Origin: Balanoglossus misakiensis
Lineage: Eukaryota; Animalia; Hemichordata
Assembly (NCBI GenBank): GCA_040954595.2
Contig: CM082576.2
Location: forward strand, 10,853,129 to 10,917,128
Direction of reading: 5' to 3'
Length of the DNA: 64,000 nt
A program made the translations under genes and the position numbers. Below, in pieces: positions 28,046 through 43,100 of this stretch (positions within the stretch are counted from its first letter, which is position 1; each line of letters begins with the position of its first letter). The notes under the pieces were generated by a model. That model saw only the letters and a program-made list of their open reading frames with translations. It did not search any database and was not told the origin of the DNA.

Positions 28046-28601
28046 CTGTTCGAGGGGAGAGAGACAGCAAAGAATGAAACGGGGTCATTAAGTGTTCATC
28101 ACATTTCTTATCATTAATTCTTCGTAAGGAGACTATCAACCTGGCACGTCCATTTCTTGCAAAATGCCGATTTCTTAACCCTATATTAATACAGATATAT
28201 TTATCTAATATTAATAAGACTATGACTATGATCTATACTATCTCAGTAATCTCTCCACTGCCAACACTCATAGCCCTAGCCACATCTCGAAAATATGGAC
28301 GTTTCTGCATGGGTTCCACAACACTACAATCACGCATATATATCTTTAGGAATATTCCACAGCGAGAGTATTTCAAAGGAAACTTGGCCTCAATAGATGT
28401 ATGTGACTGCATTGACCTTGGTGAGTGCAAATGTCACCCCTTTAGGCCTAATCACCCCTGCTACCTCTCGTCAACGTAATGATCCGTGATGCAATTAATT
28501 CTCTTCGCGAGAGAAAATAATGAACGACAGCGATATCGCCTCGCTCGTTCCGTCGTCGCGTTAGTAACGAGCCATAAAACCAGGACACAGATTCGACTCA
28601 C

Positions 28602-28827
28602 CGAAATGAACTCTGGTTTGACGCCGTACTTGGCGTGCTTGCGCCCTCTTTTGGTCAGTAAATTGATAACCTGGTCCACGTCATCGAGACCACTGATAGC
28701 TTCGTCAAAAACGTTCATGAGCATTCCGCAGTGCGTCTCGAAACTGAGACTGTTCCTAAGTTTTTCTTCGGACATGTCCTTAAATTCAATAAACAGATCC
28801 TGGTACTCCGGGTGTTGCTTGTATAGC
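28602..28827 (-). CDS. Globin X-like globin, coding exon 2 (B12 to G6, heme-binding core)
   Basis: Acceptor gtcaacag|G completes the phase-2 Arg codon of exon 1. The 226 bp encode (R)LYKQHPEYQDLFIEFKDMSEEKLRNSLSFETHCGMLMNVFDEAISGLDDVDQVINLLTKRGRKHAKYGVKPEFIS, with C2 Pro68, CD1 Phe74, distal His94 (E7) and proximal His126 (F8). Donor TCG|GTGAGT is phase 0, the conserved G7.0 position. Confidence 0.95.
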
Positions 28828-31800
28828 CTGTTGACAACGACGAAAAAATATGTCGAAGATTAGAAATCTTGTGGTACGAAGCAACCATTTAAAAATTCCC
28901 AAGTGTTTATACCAACTCGAAATTCTAGAGCACAGCATCGGTGGAGATGTAAAATCGCTATCAAACTTGACTTGGCATGCGTACGTGTCGAATATATATG
29001 TAGGTTAAACTTTTTACCCTTTTACATTTATTTTTTTAATTTACAGTGAAATTTATTGGTAAAATTTATTGCGCCTATCACGCAATGAAAACGAATAAGA
29101 ATACGCCGACCTAGCTGCGTAAATAACTCTCAAACCGTGACCTCCAGTGACCCCATCTCCCGACATCATCGAAGCGACGGTTTCATCATATGCAATCGCC
29201 GGGGCCCATCCTGCACATGTACATCTCGGCCACACTTAATTTTTATTGCCATCTTTTTAATATGCTTCGTAAGTACGCCAGGCGTAGTATACTACGTTGG
29301 CGATACTTTTCATTTTTATTGGAATATCTTCTTTCTATAGCACTCTCGCCATATTTGATAACACACGGCCACCGTTTAAAGACATCATCTGGTAATCACT
29401 CGATATTTGTGCGTGTGTTATCTTAGCAACATCAAAAGCAACGAGCAAAGGTGATCCGCGATGCGAGATAAAAATCGTTAATGACACTTGTACCGATATT
29501 GACTATTTCAACCGCCCCCAAAGTGGGGAATTTCATTCGCTGTTTTCCCTTCTTCATACAAAATTGGTCGATATTGTTTGGCATTAATGGGGTTATTTTG
29601 AAAAGTTATGGAATTGTGGTGGCATATTTGAGCGCGGTGCGGTGTCGCACAGATAGCATTGTAAAGACACGGTAATAGACCGCGTTCATTTCAATAAAAC
29701 ATGACTGGCGCGCTTGTCTTTCGTGTCACGTACACCCGGTGACTTCGCGCTGTTTTGGTAATTAATGGCTCGAAGATGCGGCCGTTCCCATGGCTACACG
29801 CACGCTCAACAGCCGCCTTATTACAGGTAAAAGCGTGTCCTCAAACTTGACAGGGCGCTTATGAGAATGACTGTACATCAACTGAGGTCATCTCCTACCA
29901 AATTTCCTGCAGGTTTTTTTTCTAGCTCTGCGGGGCTTCTGCTGTCGGCAAACAAATGAATTTATGAAATGATTCCGTGCAACCTTAATACCGCGACTGT
30001 ATCAAATTCTCCATTTTACTTTCGCTTTATTTGCCGTCACTGCGCTGAGTCGGACCGGAAATCGAGTAATCGCGAGAGATAAAAGATTTATCACGCGGAC
30101 AATTTTGCAGATTTTCAATAACACGATGGTGCATTATCATTACTTTCTGTCAGTGCGGGTTTAATGGGGAAAATGGCCTCCGGGAATGAACACGTGAATC
30201 TCCAACATTTCTGCACCCACGGAAGAGCCTTCATCTTGCTAAATTCAGGGCAGTCCCTATATAGCCGTCGTCAATATCTGCGGGGCTTACAGGATGCTGT
30301 CATTTCTCCGCAAGGATGATACTTGCAGTGCAACATCAGCCGGGAGACACTATTATTCTTGATCTGATAGATAAGAAAAGATCGTATAGTATGTGCGTCA
30401 CGTGATCTTGGGCTCATTTCTCTCGTGAATAACACCAAAAAACTCCCAATTTAAATATTATTTAAAGCGGGGCATTGTAATTCGACCAATTATTCCTTTT
30501 GGGGCCGTTTCCATAACGATACCAATTATGTTACTTTCACTGATTCAGGTATGGTCGTCCTTGACAAAAAAAAAACGCGCTCATTTGAATGTTCTCGTAG
30601 TATTGTGGCGACGCAATTTTATCACGAGGTCTCAATACAAGTGAAGGCTGTGATTGGCTAGGCTATATACTCTAATACATGTACATAGAATGTATAATTA
30701 CACAGGTGACTCCGGATTCTCCGAAATCGGGGTCATTTTGGCTGTTTGATCTGGTCACTATGGTTACGACGAACTCGTTTGCAAATTGGTTCAGTAAATT
30801 TTCGGAAGGCACGACACGCCGTTGAGACCGACTAGCACCGCCATTTATCCCTTGGAAGATGGAATAGGCCAAGTTCTTATTTTAGATATACATGTAGTGA
30901 CAGTTAGCCATTGCATTTCCATTAATGTGTTATCACGAGTACAAAATGGCGGAATGTTGCAATCCTTCGCTCGTCCACTGCCGCTGGTCGCTAAGGACAC
31001 ATAGTTTGTTTTCGGGTTCAGTTAGCCCACCGATCAAATCATCTTGTTTTGGTAGCTATAACGTCTTCCCCTGGTGTATTGTTTATTCTTGACACGTTCC
31101 TTGACATTTCTGACAGCCACAGATCTAGAATTTGCGTAATCATGCAAATCATAACCAATTGTCAAAGTGTTAAACGTCTGTTCGTGTACGGTTGTATAGT
31201 TGAATGTGTTCATCGCACGCAAAAACATTTCTATACGTATAGAACTATCTGGTAGTGTTCATCCGTAAATCTTACAAGTCTATAGGCTTAGTTTCTGCAT
31301 GGAGTATGAGAATTGAAATTTCATCGGGCGAACCATTAAGTGCTTTATAAAAATCATGGAATTGTAATAAAAACATCAAATCGATAATATAAATCGCTGA
31401 CGATCTCCTAAACCCAGATTTCGGTGAAGTCTGATTTCTCAGAATTTGTACAGTCAATTCTACAAAGTAGACTAGTCCTCAGGATGTATATGCTGTACTG
31501 TATAGAATCGACAACTCATTAGAAATCTGTCAGAATGTACGGTTTAAAATAACTTAGGCTGTGCAAGAAACAATGGCGCTCCGTTAATATATTTTTAAAA
31601 TAACGGTTGCCTTCTTTCTGCCGACATCTGTTTTGATATTGTAGCAGGGCAGGCGATTGTCTATCTACGGTCGACGCCGGAACGTCTATCGTATGTCTGT
31701 CGGTAGAAATTGGCAAAAAAAATCCCAAAAGAATTCCATCAAAAGCACAAATTAAATTTACAGAATCCAATACTGTAACGCCAGGGAAATTGAACAGAAT

Positions 31801-34800
31801 TCTGTTGCCAAGCCGAATTCAGAACACCCTCTCAAATTCATGCACCGTCGTCAATGAACTCATCCGAGATTGCTGCCTTACAGGTTCACCGAGGGTGAAA
31901 TCTTGCGAATTTTCTAATTAAGTCTGGAAGAATAATCGTTCCGGTGCAGTCTTGAGAGATTTAGTCGCTTTGTCGGAGAATGTGTGCAAAGGAAAATTTC
32001 ATTTATTTCTTTGTGAGGGTGATAACCCGATTCGCAGTGAAACGGTTGACCCGGAACAGGATTTTTTTCAACCCCTGTACGTCTACCGACCACTGGGCAC
32101 TTTCGTTTTACGTTTTAATCCCTTGTCCGGGTTTTGGTTCTTTAAGTTTTCGATTTGAACATGCATAGATTTTTTTCATCGCGTTACTTGTTCGCCAATC
32201 CTATCGGCGAATCTTCTTCAGACTTTGACTATACCGTGAAATTTATCTTTTAATGCGGATAAAAAAAGCCTTTCAATATTAACTTTTAAAAAAGCAATAC
32301 TTATTGCAAAACCAGAAAGATGCAGTGCCAATATTAAAGCCGCGAAGCGTTGTTGTTTAGCAATGCGGATGAAAAACGCTTTGATAAATGCATATGTCGA
32401 CCCAACTTAGCGATTTCATCAATGTTTGTTCCATCATTAACGTTATCATTCAAACGGAAACTTGCAAATGCGCTGGTCTAATTCTCCGCATCCTTTTAAC
32501 ACAGTACGTTAGTATACAATGTCTGATGACAGATTAATCGAGACTGTCTTAAGGGGCCGGCGCGGATGCTCGACCGCCGACAACTACGTCACGGCACATT
32601 CCACGGGGCAATGACAGCCCGGTGTACCGGCAACCGCATCAAAGGCGGAAATTCAAGGTAATCGATAGGGGAATAAACTTTTCCCGGTCACAGGTACCAA
32701 ACCGACTGTGGGCTTACCCCGGAGGAAACCGCATTCATCATCCAACATCTGACGTCATCGCGTAATGGATTCCATCGCATCAACGATTATCGAATGGCCA
32801 TCCATCTACCCTATCCCCGACTAGAATAATCTATCTGCGCGATCCGTTGTTATTAATCTGCCTCGCCATACCAGACCTCATTCAAATATCAACCCGTAGC
32901 ATTTCACTCTCGTCCATCAGTTATCATCGCTAGACTCGTCTATCGCCCTGGGGACTGTCTGCATTTTATGGCAATCGACGACCATTTCACCACTGACTGT
33001 CGTTTCTAGTGTTTTTATTTGTTTTTATAGGACATTTTATTGCAATGATATAGATGACCAGTAATATGTACATGTGTGTGCAAGTGTGTGTATGTATACG
33101 TGTACATGTAACTATCTATATATATATATATATAAAATGTCCCCGCCACCGCACTCCAGCGCTGCGAGTTATGATGATTTTCACTTCTCGGTCGACTGTA
33201 ACACTAACATTGTGTTTCTTTGAATGACATTGCATATCACTTGTTCCGGTGCATACGTCACTGGGCGAAGTCAATATGCGTGCGCCGGAGGGAACGCGAC
33301 AACGCCGTATAAACCAATACTTGCACTTCTTTGCATCCTTGTCAATTTAGAATTGGAACAGCACAACCTCTTGTTAGCCTCCAGTCGAATTCGGTGTCAC
33401 AGATGTTACGGGAGACACGCAGCGTTTAAACCCGCAAAATTAAAAGGCGCGGCTTTCGCAAGAAATTGAGTGCACTCGCTTCAAGCAGCAACCGATCATT
33501 CTCCGTGATGTGAATGCAAATTCGCCGTCATCTTTTTGGCTCGCACGCTGTAAGAGTAAGTACTGTGTTGACATACACAAAGTGGCCTTTTCTTAATACA
33601 TGAACTTTTAACGCAATTATTGCATCTGAGGCATACTGCTGCCACCTCTTACACAGATGAGCTGGGCGTGTCGTGTTCTCAAAAAACGCTCGAGAACATC
33701 AAGAGATACCCGAACAGTGCTCACAGAGTCTGTTTAGACTCAGTTCTCCTCCGTTGCCATGACTACGTCCGTAAAGTAAAGCTAAGTTGTTGAATATCAC
33801 CTTTCATACCATGATTGCAATTTGCAACTGTGTAGATCGACATGGCAGCCATTGATAAAATGGGAGCGATAAGCGTATGAGCGCACTATTTCAATCTACA
33901 GCAGATTCCCAATCTTGCATGCTCCATAGACGGAGCTCGACATGGGCGAACCTGTGTAGTGTTGATAACAACTTATCAGCGGCGAGTATTCGTTTACCTC
34001 GCATCGGTCGTGCACTGCATAGAACCACAATTCCGACGGCGATGGCGAAATGGAAACACTCGGGTTTTTTTTTTGAGAACCTTGACCCATCGCCAAATCA
34101 ACCAATTCGATAATAAGGGGGCCACGTGACGCAAATTCTTGAAAGGTCGTGTTAAGAAATTAGACGGTAAGCATCATAGAACAGTCACCGTGTCCAACAC
34201 GACTCCGAGTCGACGGATGCGCGCGTCATACAGAAGCGAGACAACAGGAAAGTGTAGGTGTACAGGTGGAATAATGCTGTTAATCGACTAATGGGGATAT
34301 CAAGGTCTCCATATAGTAATGCTGCAATCACTTTCGTTCATCGTGCAGCCCCCACTTAATGGACAATGCAGTGTAAATAGAGACAGTTGCCAAATTTCAC
34401 GTTCTAAAATAAATTCCTAACTTTATAATCTTTTATAATATTGTAAATCACTGTAAGAACCACCGTATGGTTGAAAAGATGACCGACCGTCAGAAACTCT
34501 CGTTTTAAAAAAACGTCAGCAGGTTCACGTGATGATATTATTTAAATGATGTGACTGGTTTTCTCACGCCCTTATCCCCTACACTACGAAAGGATGGGTC
34601 TTCTCACTATATATTCTGAACACACCTCTAGAAGCAGTCCATGAAAAGAAACGGAGCAACAGTAGCCATTAACTAATCAACCAGTGATTGAGCAACTCAT
34701 GCGCATCTATGGAAACAAATGGAACAGGTGTAAACCCCAGAGAATTGAATATAACTTCACTCATTTACCACTGATTGCGAAAAAATGATGGAAATGATAC

Positions 34801-35687
34801 GTTTAATGGAAAATTCACTTCATCTATCATTTAAAAATGCCATTCGTGTCGTCAGAACACAAAGCTTGACAATGGAGACACACTTAATGGTGATTTCCAT
34901 TGAGTTTGTCTTGGTATATTTCCAGTCAGGTACTTCTAAACTTCAACTGAAACCGAAAATCCTACCGAAAATCTCGGTCTCCTGTCAACATTTCAACGAT
35001 CAGACGTTGATACGCGCACACTCCTTGTTGATGTTGGCACACAACACCGCGCAAAGGGTATTACTTCATTTCACATTACAGCTAAATCGGCCACGGTGTT
35101 CGCATTGCGGCAACGTTACACCATCAGGGTAGATGGTATATAACGCAATGCATCTAATTAGATTTGACGACCGTGTGACACAATTAGATGAAATGAGGTT
35201 TGTGAATCCGAATAAATGGCTTTTATATAAATAGCGGTTGTCATTGGATACACGGAGTGGCTTTTTCAGCCGCAGATTGGCTTTTGATGTCCTTCGCGTC
35301 TTGTTTTATATATTATCAGACTAGATTTTACCGGCGTTTTTTTTCACTGTCTTGAAATATAAACAATCGGTCATTCACTTCAAACGTCGCGGCCACTACT
35401 GTTAACATTGGCGAGTGGGAGTTTCAATCTGAAGCAATCTCATGTTGTGATTGTGTCAGATTGTGTTCAGATTGTGTTCACTTCATCACCACAGCTCCCT
35501 ACATATCGCTTTCAAGATTTAATCACAACATCAGTGATCTGCATGCTACAGGTGGTTACATTATGGTCGGAAAATTCCGAATCGGATTTGCGTGTGTGTT
35601 GGGTGAGCGTTCTTTTTGCTGGGCTGCGTATTTAATCTTCCGCCAGATTCAGATCCTCTGTCGACGGGTAGAGGTTACTGTTGACAG

Positions 35688-35727
35688 TTTCTTTCTTTCT
35701 TTCTTTCTTTCCTTCCTTCCTTCCTTC
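35688..35727. repeat. (TTTC)n(TTCC)n microsatellite
   Basis: Seen directly. Confidence 0.85.
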
Positions 35728-36846
35728 CATCACACTGTGTTGTGATGAAAGAGGACGATCGTAGTTTGCGTTTATTCCTTTGCCTTGGTAGCGATCCGAC
35801 AAACTTTCAAATGGCCGGAACTGCGATGCTAACACTGGCGCTGACATCCAGTTGAAATTTCCGCCCGATCCCGAACAGATTCCGTATTCTATGTCACTTA
35901 TGGCTCTCTGCATTTGAGATCAATTATAAATGTAGGTAACAGTGTCTATTTCAAAGCGTGCTTGTTTTTAAGTACGTATATACGGATTATATGCCTGTTC
36001 TGAATTTAGAGTTAACAAATATCAGACACATGACGTTCAAATCTAGACGTGTTAGGGCCTATTGTGTTATCAAGATGATGACCCACGAGTATCTCAATAT
36101 ATATTTACTGGGCGCTGCTTTCATCACAGTCGAGGTGATTGAGTGTTATGTAACATCTTGCATCCCCCTGAGACATGTACATGTATTTCTTTTTTTTGCA
36201 ATTAATCATTCGATCTAGAAATGCCTACCGCACGAAGTATCACACTATCGATGTGCTCTGCAATAGTTTGAATCGAACGAGCATTTAATGCTGAAATCAG
36301 ATCAACAACTACACGGCCGGGCTTTGTGACACGCAGGTGTATTATTTCACGGGGATATGATGTTACATACTGATTTTGCCGAAGGTTCTGTGCATAGTCC
36401 AAAATAGTCACTTACGTGGCTATACGTTTCACGCAAAAGCGTTGCAAATTCATGATGTCTCGCCTGAGGAAAATGCGACATTTGCTATAGTAGTTCGATC
36501 CAGTGTACCTTTTACGGGGACTTGTAGGTAATGGTTGATTTGACGACAATTACCTGTCATCGTGTTATTTAACACGGCATGCCTTGGAAGCAAGGCAAGC
36601 GTTGCTCTGGCAACCGATAATATGGTAGCGTGTTCAATCTGTGAACGGAATAACAAATAGGCCAGGATAAAATCCCCCGTGAGACAAATCAGTGTGTTGA
36701 TGACGAGTCGTGAATTTTTTTTAATCGCCAGCTTTAGAAACGGGTAGAGTTCGGGAAGGTGTAGGCACATAACCGCATAACTGGTTCTACGACTATCACG
36801 ATCAAGTTTTGCACGGGTCCACCGCAGTTGACGAGAGGCTCCGTAT

Positions 36847-37197
36847 TAAGGTAACTCGCGCCTCGAAAACCAAAGTCTTAAACTTAATTCAAGCAACTTT
36901 ACATTACTCTCTCTTAAAATTGAGAATACCTAAAATAGGGGTACCCTTGCAACATTTTATATGAGGGAGCAAAATTGCCTCAAATTTGAAATTCAAAATG
37001 GCCGACAATCTATGTGTTAACTGTAAGGAGAATTGTTTAAGTAGTGATGTTTACTAAAGAAAACAAGACGGTCAACACCAGGCTTCCTTCTTTGTTTTGA
37101 AGAAGACTCGCCACACACTTCAACAGAGCAAAGAATTGAAAGGTCTGGAGGACTATCACTTTATTGAAAATCCGTCCTCGAGGCGCTCACTTCTATA
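36847..37197. mobile_element. Degenerate MITE-like element
   Basis: Left end TAAGGTAACTCGCGCCTCGA and right end TCGAGGCGCTCACTTCTA share the inverted core GCGCCTCGA/TCGAGGCGC. About 350 bp, AT-rich and non-coding inside. Boundaries are approximate. Confidence 0.5.
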
Positions 37198-40100
37198 AAT
37201 GCCCGATCCGGCTGATTAAACAGCAGTCAGTGGACTGTATCTTGGATAACTCGTACTCATTCGCCACTCATAGGCACATATGGAACGTATCCACAAATGT
37301 ACATAATGCAACTATAGGCTACCGAGGCTAAATTATCTGCTAAAAGTATCGGCTAAAACAGAGTTGGGTTTGACCATCCGCACTTGCAGCGCGCGCCGTT
37401 ACCATGGAAACGAAAACAAACTGCGCGAACAGAACAGGTTTAACAAGCAGCTTTTTGCGCAAACCAAACTGCGTTTTTATAGACTGTATGTCTGTTCCGC
37501 TCAACATTGTCACCGACGGCTAGGAAACGTGCTTCCAGTGGCTCCAGCCGAGTTTCATCAAACTTTTTCCCTTTCTGTTGCGAAGACATTTCTTTCTCAC
37601 TTTAAGATGTAGTTAATTACCAGACCAAAGATATTACCGCACCCGTTTACGTTCAGAAAATAGTTTTACGCCGCGGTAAATTCCCGTTTGAAATCCCAAT
37701 CACCTGCCCCTTTCACTAATTGGTTTCCTTCTTCCAACCGTGCGCTATCGAATTGAACGCTCTTATCCATATCCTCACCCGCAACGAACATTCTACATAC
37801 ACTAACACATTTAGTTTGAATGTGTCGCCGTAATCCAGTTTGTCGACCATTTTGCTGACAGAAACAAGAATTGAAGCTGTAAAAATGTAATTTAGAAGCG
37901 CGGTGATAGTAAAATTGAACGAGGTTCGGTGTGAAAAGAAAAAAAATGAATAAAACTTCTATATAAGTCTTGAATGCGTGTACATTTCCCGCTATTAATA
38001 GTGAAAATAAACTCGGGCATTTCCGTTTCACAAGTTAACATTATTCCATCTTGTGATTATAAGTCAATCAATGGCATTATTTGCATTCGCCAAATGAATG
38101 TTCCAAACAGGCCGCGTCGAATAGAATCATACTGACCATTCGTGCGCGTTCGGTAAGTGATTTGTTATAATCTACACCGGGTTAACAGATTGAAGAATAT
38201 TTCTATAATCTATAAGAGTGGTCCTTTGGGCTGGTTTCCATTCCGCAGATTATAAGTACGACACATTAACCCAATACGCACTTGTAAAGAAGCCGTGAAA
38301 TTAGATACACGCATGCGCCTGCGGTCAAAAATGATATGGCGATAAATGTAGCAGAGCGCGCATTTGATAATGCAAAAGGTCGAACATCAGAACGGGGAAA
38401 AACTACAACTTGAAAACACTCAGAAAACGAAATAGTGGAAGTGCGTCACACGTCTAGAACCAATGCTACTTGCCAGTCGTAATTTGACCGCTTAATTTCG
38501 CCCGGGCGAGCTACGGTTTGTTGCCATGGTGAAAATGTGAAAGAAAATGCGTGAATGACCATCATCATGACATCTCTTCCGATAAAAACATTTTTGTGCA
38601 ATTCATCGACATTCCTACGGCTATACTACGAGACAAAGGGGAGATCGTGACGTCATTACTTCTGGGGGCTACTCTGCAGAAATGAAAACGTTTCAAATTG
38701 TCAATCAGCTGTCTTGCACGTTCGAGACGGCTACTCAAGACAGCTGCTGACGTCAGACATGAAATTATTTTGCTCTAACGATATCGAAAATTGCACGTGG
38801 CCCATAAAAGTTTGAAGAGCAGATTTGCATGCGTTACACAGACAATGAACTAAACTATTTTACATTGCGTAAAACCTGGATCGGGTAACACAACAGCCCA
38901 GATCTGCGTTAATTCGTCGGGAACGTCACAAGCCAAGCGGAGATGCCTTGTATAAATCAATATCTACTCGAACAACACATTAATCAGGAGTATTGCATAT
39001 TTAAATATTTAAATACACCCAGCAGTGCTTCGACTGTAGGCCTATGTAGTGGTAATACAATATCCATTAACAAGACGCTTGTAAATCTTTCTCTTAAATT
39101 TCAAACCAAGTTAGAAGCGATTTTCAAAACACGATGCATCGTTATGTAAACGCACCTGAAAGGTTTGATGTTAAATATAGAGTCTGGTTCCCGGTACGGT
39201 GCGAACAAAGTCTATTCTCGGTGATGATTTTAACTGCTCTGTAAACGAACTGATAATCAGGCTTACTGTACAGTGGGTGCAACAATTCTACCTACTTTAA
39301 AACAGCAAACGCATCAAATTTCTCGTGGGCAAGCAAACATGTGCATCACATGACCAGAAGTCGCATTATTCACCAAGACGCTCATGTAAACTTGTGTATA
39401 TCCAGTTTTCTGCGCGTGCTCGACATAACATACATAAATACATATTAAACAAGTTATATGCAAATTTCACATATAAATTAGTTTCTTTGAAGGTTTGGCA
39501 AATACTGGCGGTCTCCAGAGTTAATGTAGGCTAGAGCGCTTATTGAAACGGTAATAACATACAGATATTAGACATAGGTACTTCTCCATGACGTTTGATG
39601 TTGGCGACCTTGGCTCTATATTGGCTGACATATAAATGCAACAACTACGTAGTTACGCCGCCGCAGTGCCGATAAAATGTTTCAATAAGTCTTAACCATT
39701 CCATTTGATATTGCACTAGTTCGGCGGTGTATTTTATACACATTAAAATAGGCAGAGTCAATTTTATCAGACCTGGAGTGATTAAACTTTGTCAGTCAGA
39801 ATCATGACAACGGATTTCGACTACATCGGGGGTTTAATGTTCGTCAAGATTTTTGTTAATCCTGGTGAGTGACAACGTCAATATGTATAGGTGACTTTGT
39901 TTTTTTTTATTTCGGAAGTACGGCATCCAAAAGAAAACGGGGCAACAGTTGGCCAGGTGATGAAACAGGCAATGTACATTGTACGCACTGATCTATTCTC
40001 CATGGAAATGAAAAAAAAATGACAATACGGTCGACTGCCGTACGCAAATACGTCAATGCGGTTTGCCCGGGCTGTAGCCTATCAATTTTGAACGCGGTTA

Positions 40101-43100
40101 AGGCCTAATCATTATATTTTCATAAAAGACCCTACATATGAAAAGGTGGACACAAAAGGATTCTAGAGAACATTCATTGATAAAATCTTATGTGCGTATG
40201 GAAGTCAAAGTACTTTAGCCTTGTATTAAAAAATACAAATTCATGACATTGATTGAGCATCCATCAGTCATATTACATACGTCACAATATCATAACTCAA
40301 CTTTAGAGATCAAAAGAAATCAAATAACCAAACGACGTCAGAAATGGGCGAGTTTGTCCCCTTTAAACATGGATGACCCCGCCCCGCCCCCTTCCTTCGT
40401 CTTAATCCACGACTCCCTGGTTCAGCTGCCTCGAACAAAATGTGGAACGGTGACCTCTTCGCATCCTCTCGATTTGTGTTAGTATCAAATTCAACTCCTT
40501 CAGGTATCTCCAGGTTTCAGTTTCTCTCGCCTTGAAACAGTAGCCGGTTCGTTTCCGACCAGGGATCGGGAAAGCAACGAACGCTGGAAACACTATGCTG
40601 CCAGGGGGGGGGGGGTGACTGAGGAACCAGCCCTGCACACAGTCTACCGCGGCGATGTAAACACTCCACACTTCGGTCAGTGTCGCCGCTTATTAAATCT
40701 GGCACTTTGGGTAAAAAGCTTGTCGTTCGCGAGTGCTTGCAGATGAATTGATACCGCGGTGCCAGTGCTTCGGATATGGTATAGCTTGGGAGGTTCGCAT
40801 TGGGCACTGCATTCGAAATTCCTAAAATGCCCATAAAACCTATGCCCCTTTTCACGATCATTAGACACGACAAGCTGTCAATGATGAAAACGACGCTGTG
40901 AAAGACTCTTACTTGACTTTGAAAAATTAGGTTGGAAGTATCTGGTAACTTCCCTAGAAATGTCCATGCATGGTTTACAAATTGAACCACGATAACATAT
41001 CGTTGGACATGTTTCTGTGATGTGTGGAAACGGTGACTATACAGGAATATTGTGACGTCTATAGCATGGTAGGAATACACTCTCAGTAGAATAACTCACG
41101 TATTCCTTTACTCACAGCGTTAACGTTACTGAATGATAAACCATTGATGTCTGTCACAAATCTATATTCCAATACAGAATACATGTTACGTGTTGAAGAA
41201 ATCGGCGTCAGTTGCATCCGCTGTGTATTTTTCAAGCTTTCACGTCAACTATAAATCTGTAAAATGGTCTCTTTTAATAGCGATTTCCCATTTGTTTTCC
41301 GTCGGCGTTGCGTTGTTAACGAATCATATGTCGTGTCGATAAAGCAGATTAGCTGCCTTCACCATACTTACTGACATATTACGGCGAGTCGCGTGGAACG
41401 GTTTACTTGACTACAACAGACATGGCGTGTGTGACGTCAACCGGGGGCAAGACCCGATTCTTATCAATCAAGACATAATGCGACCACCTTATATAAAGTC
41501 ATGCGCATGCATTCGTCATGATGAGCAACGATTATTTCGCGGGAAAATTATTCATCATGCTCTGGGGGCAAACTAGTGGCTCGTTCTTACGGGGCCGTGA
41601 ACCAACCCTGATTTCGTGCATGAACGCGTGCCGTGACTCGCGTCAAAAGTGTCCCATCTATTAACGCCAAGAAAAAAAAATCATTCGAGTCACAGCAATA
41701 GACGCCCTCCTTGCTAAAGAAGTTTGACCATAGACAGTAGAGGTTTGACATGCAGGTGTGTGTTGGTGTCGTACAGAAACCGCCGGCTGTTGCAACTTAA
41801 AGAAAGGATCCCTCGAGAGAGCGCTCTATTCCGCCTCGTTTTTTCACCCTCACAGTCATAATTTACAGAATCTTGGACGTTATCAGACGCCATGACACGA
41901 CCAAAGGTCGTCGTAACCAGACAATCTAGATTAATTTGCAAAACTTGAGGTGTTGTTGAAATAAAACATCAATAATTTGTCGGAAAGTCACACGCTCTGA
42001 AAGGATGGAGGCAGAAGCCCCCCCCCCCCAAAAAAAGCAAAAATATGTCGAGCACGTCAATTGTCATTTCGCACAGAGCTTTCCATATTCTCTCCTTTGA
42101 TTGGTCAATACGGGATCACGGGGGCTTCTTGAAAGTTAATCAGTTTCTCCGCGCGCTTGCAATTACAGAATAAACGTCATGCGGCGCACAAATTGTTATA
42201 ATTAAGAGAGCAATGATGGATTATGTTTAATAAACTCGTACTTCATCAAAGAACCATTTAAGATGCATAATATGTAATTGGAACGAGATCATTGGATATT
42301 ATTAGCACTACAGTTACATGTACACTCTGGTCATCGCGTTTCGGCTAGCTCGACAGACTAATCTGTGGTTTGTAGAGTGTATCGAAATTCAAGACGATTA
42401 CGGTGTTGACGTACCCTGATTAATAAATCGCGAAATTAATCGATTGAAATATAAAAAGGAAGTTTGCCAAAAGTTCTTGACAAATAGCTGTTATTTTTTT
42501 AATAGAAAATGACAAATTAAATGTGGTCTGATCATGAAACGATTAATTATTTTTTTTGTTAAAACATAGACAACATGCTTCAGGGAAGTTTAAAATGCGG
42601 CTTAAGCTTATCTTTCGAATCGACTTTAATGAAAAAAGTCACACTTTAGTTATTACATTCACAGTAGTCGAAATTAGGGTTTAAGGGTAATTAATTTCGC
42701 TGAAGTTATATTTGAAGAATGCCCTGGCAATATCCAGTCGAAGACGCAATCTGATCTGACATCTGCCTCGAAGCACGCTCACTTGTTTTCGTTCGGTAAA
42801 GATCCGTAATGTAAATAACAGAAATAAGTGTTGTGACTCAAGTATGCTAGAATAAATGTATATTAATATCTCATCACGTTTTAACGCAAACCTGTGGGGA
42901 ATTAGCGATCGCTGTCAATGGACTGGAATTGCACATTGCGACATCTCGCGACACTTGGTTACTAGTAATTGCCATAGCAACGGGTTGTTTTATGGGTTGT
43001 TTGTGGTTTGTCCTGTGTCACGTGAGAATGTCCTCCCATATAAACTGCCTAGCCACGCGAGATCTCGCGGAGTCCCGTACAGTTCGGGAAATGGTCTATT

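Noticed and set aside
40517-41080. 187 aa minus-strand ORF in globin intron 1
   Set aside because: No globin or transposase similarity, no coding bias, no convincing splice sites.
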